Source: Octopus sinensis (taxonomy: Eukaryota). Taken from it: a DNA stretch of 64,000 nt. Positions 1 through 14,341 of this stretch are shown here, in pieces. The stretch's first letter is position 1, and each line of letters opens with the position of its first letter. Position numbers and translations under genes: made by a program. A model generated the notes under the pieces. That model saw nothing but the letters and a program-made list of their open reading frames with translations, was not told the origin of the DNA and did no database searches. The DNA lies in assembly GCF_006345805.1 (NCBI RefSeq), contig NC_042997.1:151094001-151158000 (forward strand). The letters are read 5' to 3'.

Positions 1-459
1 AAAGAGAGAAATTAGAAAGAAAGCTGTAAGATGGGGGAGAGAGGCGACGGATATATAGATACATGGTTATATAGACAAACAAGTATCCATGTATCGTACG
101 CACATTTACGATAAATAGATTGGAATGATTCATTCTTGATTCAATACCTTCGTAATTCATGAAAGCTTAGCTAATTGCCTTCATTTATCGCATGAATGGT
201 TAGGATAAATATATATTATTTTATCTTTGTTGGCAATGCAAGAAAACATTCACAAATAGGAGGAATCTCAATATCAAAAATCAGTGGGGAATTAAAATCA
301 AACACCTTAAATATAATGAGCTAGCAGCGTGTATATCCTAACCTCTAAATGTACATTTGCAATACGAATGTCTTAACCCCCACTCAAACCTACACTGAAC
401 TTTAGCATCCTGATCATTGACCTTTTTACCTACACGTCAATACAATTATATTTCTTTCT

Positions 460-900
460 CTAACTCGCCAATATTCCACCCACAGTGAACTTTGTCACCG
501 TGTCCGTTGGCCACTTGCAACACGCCGAAGCAATTATATTTTGCATTGATTTGCAATAATTTTGCACAGTAACTACAACTGTTCCACCAAACTTATATAA
601 TATTGGTACTATAAAACCCCTCTCTTCAAGAAAAAAACCCACATAATATCTCTTTTACGTAGGGGCATCATAAAGAGCTCAGGTTCTACATCTTCCCTAT
701 GGTCTTCATCGTATAATTTACGCCATCGCGGGCCACTAATAGCTTCCATAGTTATTGTTTTTATTTCCTTCTTAATCTTATTACGTGTAAGATCAGAGAT
801 CAACATGTCAATAATAGATTGCAATCCAAATTGGGATCATCTACAACTTCCTTTATATTCTATACAAAGATCAGCGAAATTTCTTGAAATTTACTTCCAG
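460..900 (-). pseudogene. Degenerate coding-like segment of unknown origin
   Basis: Two overlapping minus-strand ORFs (609-824, 460-642) join across a homopolymer run into a protein-like string (...RWRKLYDEDHREDVEPELFMMPLRKRDIMW/GFFLEERGFIVPILYKFGGTVVVTVQNY...). In-frame stops lie upstream. No family recognised. Confidence 0.25.
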
Positions 901-1568
901 CTGCCTTTTACAATGAAGAACAAATTAGGTAATATATTACATTGTCTAATAAGAAAATATAAGGACTGAAATATCGTTACACAGCTTTTGATCGCCTCTA
1001 CTGGGTCAGGGCAAAGTTAAATCTAAACAAAACATTTCTATTAAGAGTAGAGAACGTGATTTTTCATTGTATCGTTGAGTTGCTGAAGGAATATTTGAAG
1101 TGCTTCTTGGGGAGGTAGACATTCATACACGTTGCCTGATCTCACTGCCGGGAATTAATGAAGTATTCTTTAGCACTAACAGAATTACTACTGCTGCAGA
1201 TTTTGCCACTTGGAACTATAAAACTTGTAATATTGAGAAGGAGACTATGTATGGTCAAACAACTTGCTAAAAATAGTAGCAATATATTTCTCATAATCCA
1301 TTATCTAAATGAGTAAAGGATGAGATATTCATGGTTGGAATGATTTTAATCATAGTTATACTATATCAGAATTCTACGAAAGCAGGCATATCAACAACAG
1401 CTACAACAACGCCAAACAGCATACAAAACTATAACAACGATACGTTTGGATATAAAGATATAATTCGCAATAGTACGAGAGCGTAGAGAAATGTATTTCG
1501 GTTATGTTTATTTTTACATCTTGTTTTCTGAGTACAAATAATTCTGCAGACAGTTTTGCCTTTCTTAC

Positions 1569-1863
1569 CTGTGGAGGCCAAAGATAGCAGTTAAACCAGG
1601 CTATTAGAATTATTATATCTTCGGAGAAGCTCCCTGCTCTTTGTGTTTTGGTCTCAAATAAACCATGACCTATATGTTTGGTACAGTTTTCCTTTGCCTG
1701 ATTTAACACCACCACCAAGTTCTTGGGTGCCTTTAGTCAAATTCGGACCGTTGCAAGAATTCCAACCAGGCCTTTGGTTTGCGGATATCTTCCTCTTTTC
1801 ATTTCATCCACATCAAGAGAAATGCCATAGATCTGGACACTGCTTCATTATCTTGAAAAAGCC
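1569..1863 (-). other. Candidate 295-nt non-coding or pseudogenised exon
   Basis: Strong acceptor (tttcctttcgtttttag|G) and donor (CAG|gtaaga) on the minus strand. All three frames contain stops. Confidence 0.3.
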
Positions 1864-2824
1864 CTAAAAACGAAAGGAAATTCATGTGCTCGGTTTTCGA
1901 TATAAGAATAAAAATATGTCCCTATGTACCCGGCAAAAATCAATTATTTAATCAATTCTAAAAATTTTCTCATAATCATTAAATTTTCAGCGAATTTAAC
2001 CTATAAAAAATATTCTATCATTTTGAATTGGTTCTTTATTTCATCGACCCAAAGGTTAAAAACAAACTTAACCGCCTTGTGATTTAAACCATTAACTCAC
2101 AGCTGCCTTAGTTTTTTCAGTTGTACAGCATAATGTCCAATACTCTTCTGAATAGGATGTTGGCAGATTCCTCACCATTAGCACGCTAATGGCACTATTC
2201 ATTTACCAGTTCACACATCACTATTTTGTTAAAACACAATACATATTTCAATCAATCCACCCAGAAAATATAAAATTTCTGAACTGTATTTTTATTTTCC
2301 ATGAGGTTTTCGCCGACAGATGTTAAATCATAAATCGCGTGTATTCTATAACAGCACCACTCACTATCCCCTTTCTCAGGGATACTTATAAAATAAATAT
2401 TTTTAAAACTGTATCTGCACTAAATATTCAAAGCCATCCGATTCAATATAATATGAATTTTTCTGGATTAAATCCTTCTCTTTATAAAAGAATTTGCGTT
2501 CCCGAAATCATATGACGAGGCGAAAGATATACAAGAAAACAAACGGCAGCAGCCCAAAATGAAAACCATGTTTCTAAGTAGCCAGTCAGGAAGGCTGGCA
2601 GTCAGTGTTCTAAGGAAGACTGACAGAATTATTGAGAGTACAATCAAGTCTCGTAAATCCAAATGTCACTTGGTACTGTAAAGAGAAATTATACATTTGG
2701 CTATGCTTATATTTTTCGATATTCCGATTGATAACGAGCCAATGATAAAAGCTTCTGACTACGAAATAATTCATGATTAACAGACGCTAGGATCTCTCTC
2801 TATCTCACTCTCTCTCCCCTTCTA

Positions 2825-2856
<32 letters not shown>

Positions 2857-4152
2857 CTTTTTCTCTCTGTCCATTTCTCCCTTTCTGTATATATGAATGT
2901 GTATATATATATACATATCTATTTGTTTGTATGTTATGTATGTATACAAATATAGGAAACAATTATTGTCTATTGTTTTTTTTTCTCTAGTAGTACAATC
3001 AAGCAAACAAATAGGCAAATAATCGGCACGTGAGTAGATATGTCTTTGATCGTTTTCTCACCTTTTAATATCTCTTTAACATTTTCGTACAGTATTTTGC
3101 CACGTGCTGTAAGCTATTTGCTTCCGACTCATTTGGCGTTCTTTGAACACTTTGTAACAAATATCTGATTGTGGTAAAAGGTAGTAAAATCTCATTTTTG
3201 CTACGTTTCTGTATTGATCTTACTAGGGTTTCTTACTGGTCATGCGTATTATGTTTTAGGATCACAAGAATCGGCAATTGCTTAGATACGCATGACTACT
3301 ACTATGTACAATGTTGTTTTCTTAGAAATTAATGCATTCCTCTAAGTACTAATTTATGTGCATACAGAAATTCCGTTAGCCTATGGATATTTTCTTATAT
3401 ATCCTCTTAGCACATTAGTATACATAAGTTATGTTTCTTAATTCATTGGCTTATTTTGGTTCAGTATCTGTTGTTTTCCTTTCCATTATTGTTTTCTTTT
3501 TAATTTTTATATGTTATTATTTTTTGGTCTGTTATATTTGTGCGGATTGCTTTACACTTTCTCGGTGAACTGAAAGATTTGCTTCTCGCAGATGTTGTTT
3601 TAGAATAGTTTTCTGCAACATAGCTTACCAAAATTGCCTTTCTTCTGACACATTAAGCATTTACTAATACAAGGTTTCCCTTCTTTCTTCTTTTTCATCT
3701 AGCGTGGTGTGGTCTTTCCCCCCCCCCTTACGTTTTTTTTTCGCTGGTTTCCTCTACAAATGTTTACAGGTGCGTACAAAATAAATTTTAAATACATTAC
3801 ATTGATTTTTTTTATTTTAGCAGTTTTATCTCTAGATTCTGTTTGAAAGCTTTTACTATGATTTTTTTTCTTTTGTTTCATTTTTATCTTCTTACAAAAT
3901 ATCTGATCCTTTCTTCACAGACGCTTCCATAGAAATACACTCACACACACATTCTCTCTCTTTCTCTATCTCTCTCTCACGCATTCAGACACACACTCAC
4001 CCATAAGGAGATATGTTTACTCACGCACAAGCTAAAAACTAACTGAAACATATACGAGTAAATAGAGGTATAAACAGAGATATGATCGGTAGCAAATTAC
4101 TCAGTAAAGTTTAACTACACATACATAGGTACATGCGCATCACTCTCTCTCA

Positions 4153-4351
4153 CTATATATATATAGGTGTATGTGTGTATGCATATATATGTATATATAT
4201 ATATATATATGTATGTATATATATATATACATATAAAATTATGAATGTATATATATTTATATATGTATATATAAATAAATAAATACTTATATACATACTT
4301 ATATATATATATATAAATACTTATATATGTATATTATATATATATAAACAA

Positions 4352-4390
<39 letters not shown>

Positions 4391-4509
4391 CACGTATGCA
4401 TACATAGATGTAGCTATATATTTAGGTGTACATGTGTACATACATACATTTATGTATATATGTATATTTGTATATATATATATATATATATGTATACATA
4501 AATATATAC

Positions 4510-4570
<61 letters not shown>

Positions 4571-4599
4571 TATACACATACATATACATGCATACATAC

Positions 4600-4648
<49 letters not shown>

Positions 4649-4661
4649 ATATATATATATA

Positions 4662-4692
<31 letters not shown>

Positions 4693-4740
4693 GTGTGTGT
4701 GTATGTATGTATGTATGTATGTATGTACATTTGTATATAC
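4153..4740. repeat. Compound (TA)n/(CA)n/(TATG)n microsatellite
   Basis: Directly visible; it generates the YIYI/HTHT pseudo-ORFs. Confidence 0.95.
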
Positions 4741-5344
4741 AATTACATGCATAAGTGCAAATCAGAAACAAGATTAGAGCTTAGATTGAAAGATTTTGTT
4801 TAAAACGTAAAAGATGACAAGGATTTTTATCGTTTCTTCTGTGCTCTATTTATTTTTACCATCTCTTAAACATATCGTTTGCTATACCTTTCTGTGCGTA
4901 CATGTATACATTTATACGAGCATAAACATACACACAGTGACACTTACACACAAACTCCAAAGATCAATTACAGTTTTCGAAAGTTTCACTCGTATAGTTT
5001 GCTTTTTAATGAAATTTCGTGAATGCCACTGACGTAATACAATGCTTTGTAGTGATACTAAAGATTCTCATAAACTATATCCATGTTTATTTAGTGTTCC
5101 TTTTTGATGGATTACTCTGAAGGATCAGCTAATATAACCAGATATCGTAATGTTATTATATTATCTCACTCATTTTAAGAGATTTTGCACATTCTATAAA
5201 TGGTGGATGTAAAAGTACACATGTTATAATTTATAAATGTTCGTTCGCTATTTCTTTCAAGGTCGATATTCTTTAAACCTAAAAGCATTTCTGATTCGCT
5301 ATGGGAACCTAACAATCCCTGATATTGTATTTCTGCAAGCATTA

Positions 5345-5380
5345 TTTACACACAGTCATATATATATATACACACAGTCA

Positions 5381-5445
<65 letters not shown>

Positions 5446-5685
5446 TATATATATATATATACACATATATATACACACTGTCATATACACACACGCACAC
5501 ACAGGCGCGCAGTACGTATACGCCCACAAAAAAAATCAGCTAGTGTCTGTTTCTCCTGTCTCCAGTATGACTCTACACCTTCCCGTGCACACCCACCCAC
5601 ACATATATATACATTACATGTATATACATGTATATACATTACATGTATATACATATATATGTGTGTGCGTGTGTGTGTATGCATT

Positions 5686-5718
<33 letters not shown>

Positions 5719-5803
5719 ATATATACGTGTATACTTACATACACACACACATAAATATATATATATGGAGAGAGAAAGAGAGAGAGAGCGATAGAGAGAG
5801 AGA
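5345..5803. repeat. Compound (TA)n/(CA)n/(GA)n microsatellite
   Basis: Directly visible. Confidence 0.9.
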
Positions 5804-6073
5804 AATTGCTTTGATCATATAGATCAAGGTGGTTAAATTGATATCTTCCAGCATGCATTTGACTTGCGATTTACACTGTAGGAAATTTATTGAATAATTA
5901 ATTAATTAATTAATTAATAATATTCACATTTTATCTTTCAGATACAGAACATCAATTCAATGCTGTCAAGTACTCCACGTTTCCAATCTCAGTAGGCACA
6001 TACGTCAAGTTTGTTACGCACAAAAATGAATATTGCGTACAATCAAATATTTTGTAATATTTTGGTAACGTAA

Positions 6074-6475
6074 GGTGGCGAGCTGGCAGAAAGGTTAGCA
6101 CGCCGGGCGAAATGCTTAGCGGTATTTCGTCTGCCGCTACGTTCTGAGTTCAAATTCCGCCGAGGTCGACTTTGCCTTTCATCCTTTCGGGGTCGATAAA
6201 TTAAGTACCAGTTACGTATTGGGGTTAATGTAATCGACTTAATCCGTTTGTCTGTCCTTGTTTGTCCTCTCTGTGTTTAGCCCCTTGTGGGTAGTAAAGA
6301 AATTGCTATTTCGTCTGCCGTTACGGTCTGAGTTAAAATGCCGCCGAGGTCGACTTTGCCTTTCTTCCTATCGGAGTCGATAAATTAAGTACCAACTGCG
6401 TACTGGCGTCGATCTAATCGACTGGACCTCCTAACCCAACATTTTGGGCCTTGTGCCTAGAGTAGAAAAGAATAT
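6074..6475 (+). mobile_element. Dimeric tRNA-derived SINE (Octopus OK/OR-like) with target-site duplication
   Basis: Pol III-like head (ggtggcgagctggcag...gagttcaaattcc). The body repeats from ~6304. ttggtaacgtaagg is present on both sides (~6062 and ~6477). Confidence 0.8.
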
Positions 6476-6488
6476 ATTGGTAACGTAA

Positions 6489-6700
6489 GGCGCTCGCAAT
6501 ATCGTTAGCACGCCGGGCAACATACTACGCGTCATTTCGTCTGTCTTCATGTTCTCATTTCATATTCGACCGAGGTCTACTTTGATTTTCATCCTTTCAG
6601 AGTCGATAAAATAAATACCAGTCGAACGATTGGATCGAGTTAATCGAGTTACCCTATCTCCTGAAATTTCTGATCCTGTGACAAAATCCGAATCGTTATT
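6489..6700 (+). mobile_element. Older degenerate copy of the same SINE
   Basis: Shares cgttagcacgccgggc...gtcgataaaataaataccagt with 6074-6475. Confidence 0.7.
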
Positions 6701-6845
6701 TTGGGCATTTATTTGCTTTATTCGCCAATTTAAAACAAAAACAGGCTTGTATTCAGAACAGAGTCTCTCGTGTTGCATCGTCTGCAAACGCCTTTCAGCC
6801 AGTTCTTTGATCCCACGCTGATGTCAGTTCTTGTCCTTCGAGACG
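6700..6845 (-). mobile_element. Inverted 3' fragment of a related mariner
   Basis: Reverse complement (gacatcagcgtgggatcaaagaactggctgaaagg...gacgatgcaaca) matches 7370-7430. Confidence 0.6.
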
Positions 6846-6859
6846 AAGGAAATCCTTCA

Positions 6860-7510
6860 CTGAAGCTTCCAGCCCCTCTTGGTTAATGAAGCATTGCAAG
6901 CGCAGGCAGTGAAGTATGGATCATAACATGTAATAATCCATGGTATATGTTTTTTTTTTTTCGCAGTCCTAAAGTAAATAAGCAGTGATTAAGCAAAGGC
7001 TTCCAGAACCTCTCACCAAAAGGTGTTTCCAATACAACGTGATGCTCTGTGTCAGGTGGAATTATGACGGAATAATTCACTACTATCGATGCGAGCAGGT
7101 ACTTCAAACAGATGGAATGAATGCTAGCCACTCAGCGTCAAAAATACCCGGCACTTGTTAACAGAAAGCGAGCTCTTCTCCAGCAAGAGAACACAAGATC
7201 TTATACAGCTTGAACGAACCAGAATAAACTCCAGAAACTTGAAGAATCGAAATGATGCCACACCCAGCATATAGTCTGTACCTAGCTTCCTCGGATTAGT
7301 ATTTGTTCCTTGCATGACTCGCAGTGCAGCATCTTCAGTCAAGATGTTCTTCACCTTGAAAGACAAGAGCAGACATCAGCATGGAATCAAAGAATTGGCA
7401 GAAACATGGCTTTAGACGATGCAACAGGATGGTCTCTACTTTGAATGTTCGGTTGCCTTTGTTGTAAGTTGACGAATAAAACAAATCTATTATCAAAATA
7501 CTGTAAAACT
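6860..7510 (+). mobile_element. Decayed mariner transposase remnant
   Basis: Translates in pieces to VMLCVRWNYDGIIHY, QKYPALVNRKRALLQQENTR and MPHPAYS-LASSD, which are mariner DD34D-region motifs. Many stops and frameshifts. Confidence 0.7.
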
Positions 7511-8223
7511 TTTAACTCAACAAAATAAAAAGGATGTTAGCAGTTCATACGTATTACTTATGTTTCAGTGCCTTGGCATTTTAGTTATAAATCATACGAC
7601 ACGTCATACAATAGTCCCAGCCACACTGCTTTAGTCACCTGGACATTAACATAAACATCGACTGCCCATGGATTATGTTTTCGAGCCACAGAACTGAAGC
7701 AAATACACACTTTAGTTATATGAAATGTAGGAGGAATGAAGTAATTCTATCAAACAAACTATTTTAATAATGTAAATTTAACCAAGTCAGCATATTATCA
7801 ACATCATAATCTATTGCAACAATGAAAAATTACTATTTCCTTTATAAACCTGTCTTGTTCTTCGCTACAAGATAATATTTTAGGAGGCACTCGAACATTA
7901 AGAATTATGCCCTCAGAAATATTAAGTTAAGCAAAATTTGTACCTGTAAAATTATTCTAAAATATTTAAATAAACCCTCAAATAGAATTTAACAGGTAGA
8001 ATATTATCCAGTACAAGTTTGGATAGAAAGATAAAATAAATCCTTCGGTTATTTGGTTCGACTCCATGAGCTGTCGATTTTAGTTGCTAGAATTCGGGTT
8101 CCTTTTGTAAGGGCCGGATGTTTTCGTATAACATAGCGAAAGAATTACGAATAAAATGCTCATACTACTGAAATATATGTAGCATTGATTAAACTACTAT
8201 TGTCCATTCAGCAACCTTTATCA

Positions 8224-8271
<48 letters not shown>

Positions 8272-9902
8272 TGTGTATGTGTGTGTGTGTGTGTGTGAGA
8301 ATAGCCACGGAAATTTTCTCCATAACTTTCATTTTATTCATGGGTTTTCAAAGACTTTCAGCTTTCTCATTTCAACTTGTTACTATATGACATTTATACA
8401 ACATATACGTAATCAGCATTAAAACCGACACATATAATTCCCAACTGGAAAAAAGTTTCTTTTTTTTACCGAAATGTAAATATATTGGAATTCTTTTACC
8501 ACTTTTTATTAGATACATCGCATTCTTTTGTGATTTGATTGATGAGGATGTGCGCGCATGCGTGTGTGCGTACGTGTGTACGTGTGTGTGTGTGTACATG
8601 CATGTGTCTACGTATATATCTCTTAGGTCATCGTTTAGCTTTCTAAAAGGATGACATTACCCAGTAATTGAGTTTCAGGTGATACCTAAAACATTAACGC
8701 TACATATGTTAGATCGAACCGTTCTTTTGAGTTTCTATTTAGTGACTGCATATATTACGTTCTGGCAGTTCATACCTCATTATAACAGTTCCTATGACGG
8801 GAGATTGCGAATTTGCCATTAACGAAATCTTCTTTAAAACGTGTTCGCAATAAACAAACTCAACAGATAACACATACTTAAGTTGTATTGACATTACATT
8901 TACAAACTTTTATTGTATCGAACCGAATCCTGTCGAAGTTTACATTACATTTTATTTATTCATTTCTTAACAGTCAATAAAATAAGTACGGATATTTGCA
9001 TCTTCGACCATACACTATCGTATCATTCAGGAGAGTGCCTTTGGAGAATGTTTGAAAGGCAAATATGTGTTATTTCTCCTGTCAGTACCTATTCCTGTTA
9101 CAGTATTTCACTTGATGAGAGATGTCTAACTGATATACTACCAAATTTTCTTAGAAATGTGTGCGCCAGAAGCAAAATCTACAGAAAGCACTCTTTAACA
9201 CCGTCATGACTGTTATTTCAAAAGCTTCGTATCATTTGCTAACAATTATCAAAGAATAATTTTAGACAAGTAATGTGTAGATTATATTTTAGTCAGAAAT
9301 GCAGTGAGTGCGTAATTCTATTAGAGAAACCGCCGAGAGTAATGGGATAGAGAGGGGTGGGTATATTGAAATCTTCACCCGAAATATTTACGAAGAACTG
9401 GTCTTTGCGATAGTCACCAAGTGGTAGTCTGAACTGGTTGACGGATTAAATCAAACGTCAAAGGGAATTATATCTCCCACCCATGGCGAGATTTAAAGTC
9501 AGAACACAAAAGGGCAAAACAAATACTTGCTTATGTCGTTACGATTCCACCAATCCACCACCCTGTATTGGTACATTGTTCATCGACCTCAAAAGAATTA
9601 AAATAAAGCGGAATTTGAACTCAGTACGTCGAGACCTAGAAGAAATAACAGGAGAATTCTAACCGATTCTATGACGATGCTGCTAATTTGCAGACTATTT
9701 GATGCTGTAGCTATATTGTATTGTTTCTTAGGCTATTCGAAGGAGGATTGAATACGAAAACATATATGTCTTCACTTGAACTGTTAGAAATATAAACCAG
9801 ATTCTCAAATCACACCATAATGTTTTTAAAATTGTAGTGTAATGCTAGTGGCATTATTCTTTAAAAAAAGAAATACAAAATGCTCAGTGATCGTATTTTG
9901 AT

Positions 9903-9973
<71 letters not shown>

Positions 9974-10354
9974 TTTAGAAAACAATGCAGATAACAGTTC
10001 ATGTTTTGCCAACATCTATGAAAAAATAGCAAATACGATATAAATTTAAATGTTAAGTTAATTCAAAATGAAAGACGAGTCGTGATCTGATAAAAATACA
10101 ACTCTTTCAAGTAAAATATCTTTGAACCAAATTTTCGAAAGGCAGACTTGTTAAATACTATGTAGAGAAATTAATCAACATAATGTTAAAATTCATAATA
10201 AAGAAAGTTACACTGAGGGTGCGCCCCGTAAATATTTTGGTTTTAAAAGGGCTGCATTCAATCGGTAGTTTCTCTTATTCTCTTTCTCTCCCTCTCCCTC
10301 TATCTCTCTCTCTCTCTCTTGCTCTTTCTCTCCGAATACACACACACTCACGCA

Positions 10355-10428
<74 letters not shown>

Positions 10429-10911
10429 GAGCGAGAGAGAGAGAGAGAGAGAGAGAAAGGGAGGAGTGAGATCATTTTACGTAGCTGTATCTTTTATAAT
10501 CGGCTTTATGTAAACCTGAATACTTACAAATTTATAAGCAGTGATTTTGCTACATTAGCAACAAAAAATTCAAAGCGATTCCGTCGTTGTAATCGGTACA
10601 GACATTCAAACGATTCTAAGTGCACAAAATATATATATTTATCAAAAAATAACGTCACTTATATTTTTATATATTTTTTTCAGCTTCTCTGTATTTCGTT
10701 GATCGGAAAGAACAGCATTGCAGACATTAAAGTGAATACATAAATAAATATAAAAATAAATAACTCAAATACATAAGTAAATAAAACAAACAGCGCAATC
10801 ATCTTTATTTATTCCAAACATTTTTTATGAGATCGTTGGTCACACAGTGTAGCATAAGTGCTTCGAAAATTATCAAAAACTCACAATACAGTCTATATTC
10901 ATATTCTGGAA

Positions 10912-11130
10912 AAGTGGTGAATTGGCTGAAACATTACACCATTGAATAGAATACCCCACGCTATTCGCTCCGACTCCCTGAGTTCAAATTCCTTGAAGGT
11001 AAAATTTGCCCTTCCTCTTTTTTCTGTGTCGATGGCAAAAAAAGTAACATTCCAAAATGATGAGACGGCAGAGTTTGGAGGTGGAATAATATCCCTTGCG
11101 CCACATAATCCAGGACTGTGTGTTCAGATG
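10912..11130 (+). mobile_element. Highly degenerate tRNA-derived SINE
   Basis: gtggtgaattggctgaa...ctgagttcaaattcc...aaatttgcccttc resembles the 6074 SINE. Confidence 0.45.
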
Positions 11131-11912
11131 AAAACCTCTATCACTACACTTGTGGTGAGGTGTATCAGGCCAAGCAGGTGAGCATGCCATTTAGATAAAT
11201 ATTGATGGAAAGGGATACATTTATTTATGGGAAATTGTTAAACATCCTCATGAAACATTTTATCTAGGCCTACTAGTACGTGTACAGTTGCATCATCTAT
11301 AATGACCGAATGAATGTGTGGTGTTTATTTTCTACACATTACAAAGGGATATAAGATAGTTTTTACAGGTTGGCTAATATTGCCCGGTTAATTTCTGTAG
11401 TGACATCAGGTGATGCGAAAGGCCGATAAATGCAACTGAAATGCAGTAGGTAATGCAATGCATTGCAAAAGATAAATCGTTATATTTGGGCGTTCTGTCC
11501 TACGAGCTTTTTGGTCATACTCCAAATTTGCTTCGTTCTACCTTCGAAGAAGCATACAGAGCTGCTGAGAAAAGACTACTACATTCTGAATATTATAGTA
11601 AAGCTCATGCTCATAGAGGTTAGAATTTTGTCCTATTTGACAAAAGGTTTTCGGATGTGTCAGCGCTATTCTAAATAGATCCATCCATGACAACATCCAC
11701 ATCATGCTCGCATCATGGACATAGGGACATATAACTGTTTTCAGGCAATTTGGATCAGCAGAAAGCTTATGCTACATTAGACCTTGGTTAATTGGCAGCA
11801 GTCATGAAAGCGTGGAGGTTTGGGTTTGGGCCACTTTTCAGGAGCTGAGTGAACAGGGTCCTCTGCTCGGGTGTCAAATCAAATGACCACCTCCCCGAAG
11901 TATTTTATATCA

Positions 11913-12313
11913 CAGTAGCAATATCGCCCGGCGTTGCTCGGGTTTGTAAAGGAAATAACTATATAAGCATTTTTAGAGAGTTATAGCCAAAAAATAGCAA
12001 AAAAATGTATTAAAAATGGGAAAAACATGATGGTAAATTTTCTTTTAAATCGTTGACTCATCGTAGACATTTTTAGAGAGTTACTTCCTTTATATAATAG
12101 CGAAAACAATGCATTAAAATGGAAAAAAATGATGGTAATTTTTTTTTTAATCGTAGACTAATCGTAGACGCGCGCTAATACCCAGAAGGACTCGATATGA
12201 ATCACGACTATAAGATACCCGCTTTTGGTTGAACTGCACCGCAAAATGTGGGAGTAGTTAGGAATCTAAATCGTAGGAGACAGACACACAACTTCTCTTT
12301 TATATATAAAGAT
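11913..12313 (-). mobile_element. Non-autonomous Helitron-like element
   Basis: On the minus strand it starts aTCtttatatataaaag and ends with the hairpin cccgagcaacgccggg followed by a degenerate CTAG (ctact). It contains an internal ~110-bp tandem repeat. Confidence 0.65.
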
Positions 12314-12429
12314 ATTCTGTCCGTTAGATGTTATATGGCTTAAATATTGTGCTCACACTCCAGTCTCATTATCTCACCTCAAATTAAACGTTTTATAAAC
12401 GGTATTTTTTTTCCATTTCTAACACATTT

Positions 12430-12725
12430 AAGTTGAAGGCTCCTGGATCCTAAGGTCATGAGTTCGAATCGCGTGTTGTGTCCTTGAGCAACACACTATT
12501 GCACGTTGATGTAATCTCACTCGCATGACAAAACTGGGTTGTACCTGTAACTCAAAGGACCAGCATTGTCGCATTCGTCGTCGTGCTCAATCTTCCTGAA
12601 AATTACGTTAAGGGTATGCGTGTCAGTAGAGTGCTCAGCCACTTGCACGTTAATTTCACGAGCAGGCTGTTCCGTTCATTGGATAAAAAGGAACTATCGT
12701 CATTGAAACTGACGAAATGCCAGTT
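12430..12725 (+). mobile_element. tRNA-derived SINE, second family
   Basis: B-box gagttcgaatc followed by a gttgtgtccttgagcaa core-like segment. Confidence 0.55.
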
Positions 12726-13258
12726 ACACATGCATGACAGGTGACTACGACAACTTACTTTCCTTTGTACTAGACGGGTAACTGTGATGGCATTTGGCAG
12801 TATTACTGTTCACATAAATCTTCTTCTCGTTTCTGCACGATGTAATGGTTAAAATATTGGATAGAGTCGTATACAAAATATTGCGTTCGATTCATAGAAT
12901 GAAAACCAAATCATTTCTGTTTCTTTATTAATATCGTTTTTGCCGTCTTGATTTTATCACCTTTCTATATCGACAATTATTAATATGGTTTTCTTGCCGG
13001 ATTCCGTAATTTCATTCCATATCTTTCATTGAAATGTAGTAACTGCTTGTAAAGAAGCCTTGCTTCTAAATACTCTTTCCGCCTGATGTGACTCATCTCA
13101 AGTGCCGTTTTTATCATCCCCCTTTAATGCCATTCACTACTATGTTGTTTCCTACAACACGAAATTTCTATACAAAATTATCATTAGTTACATTTTAAGT
13201 GGGTTTTTGTTTATTATGTGATTTAACGTTTTGTTATTATTTTAATAATATATATATA

Positions 13259-13746
13259 TATTGTTATATTTCGGAATGGTCATATTGCCAGTTTAGCCAA
13301 TAAAAACACACGCACTATATAATTGGTGTTATTTTGCTTCAGTGATATTTATTTTTTACATTAATCTTAATCTTATTTCGGCCAAAGTTCTTTCGTCACA
13401 TTCCTGTGACCGCATCAGTGGTCCTTTGTTTTCTTCTCACTTATTTGTGTCTCTCCTTACTAACCGTCAGCCATTTTGTATTTCTATTGTATGTCTTCAT
13501 TTGCGCATGCTTATATCTCTATGTGCGTCTATGTTTATTTAGTGTGTGTGGGGGGGATGCCTGTAATATTTGTATCTTCTGTTTATATACATTCTTGTAA
13601 TTTGTATTTTGTTTTTGTTGTTGTTGCTTTTGTTCTAATTTTGTTCATGTGTCTACATCCACCCATTATTATCATTACATATGCTTGTATGTATGTATAA
13701 CAATAATATTAGTAATAATAATAATAAATCTAATCGAAGATATATA

Positions 13747-13789
<43 letters not shown>

Positions 13790-14006
13790 TACACATATAC
13801 ATATATACATATATATATACACATATACATACATAGATATATATACATATATATAGTTATTCATTTCTATTTCTTTAATTATCAATTATATAGTGCGTGT
13901 GTTTTTATTGGCTAAACTGGCAATATGACCATTCCGAAATATAACAATATCTGTTTCAACACACGACTTCACATAAAAAATCTTGCACAACAAATATTTA
14001 AACGTA

Positions 14007-14010
<4 letters not shown>
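13259..14010. mobile_element. Non-coding element with perfect ~67-bp inverted repeat (Penelope pLTR-like)
   Basis: 13259-13325 is the exact reverse complement of 13883-13949. The right arm has a ~60-bp extension, both ends sit in (TA)n, and there is a hammerhead-like motif inside. Confidence 0.6.
13382..13421 (-). ncRNA. Minimal type-I hammerhead ribozyme-like motif (variant core)
   Basis: CCA-CTGATGC-G-GTCAC(aggaat)GTGAC-GAAA-G(aa)C-TT-TGG. Stems I, II and III pair; position A9 is non-canonical. Confidence 0.45.
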
Positions 14011-14092
<82 letters not shown>

Positions 14093-14201
14093 TAAATAAT
14101 GGAAAGGATTTAATCGAATGCACCACACAGCACAAAACTAAAAATCATCATCATCCTCATCACTACTATTATTATTCGTATTGTTGCTATTCTTGTTGCT
14201 G

Positions 14202-14238
<37 letters not shown>

Positions 14239-14266
14239 TATCATCATTATCATCATCATTATTAAT

Positions 14267-14341
<75 letters not shown>

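Noticed and set aside
2491-2680. Open plus-strand frame after a pyrimidine tract (EFAFPKSYDE...KCHLVL*)
   Set aside because: Weak splice signals and no recognisable homology; too little support to call.
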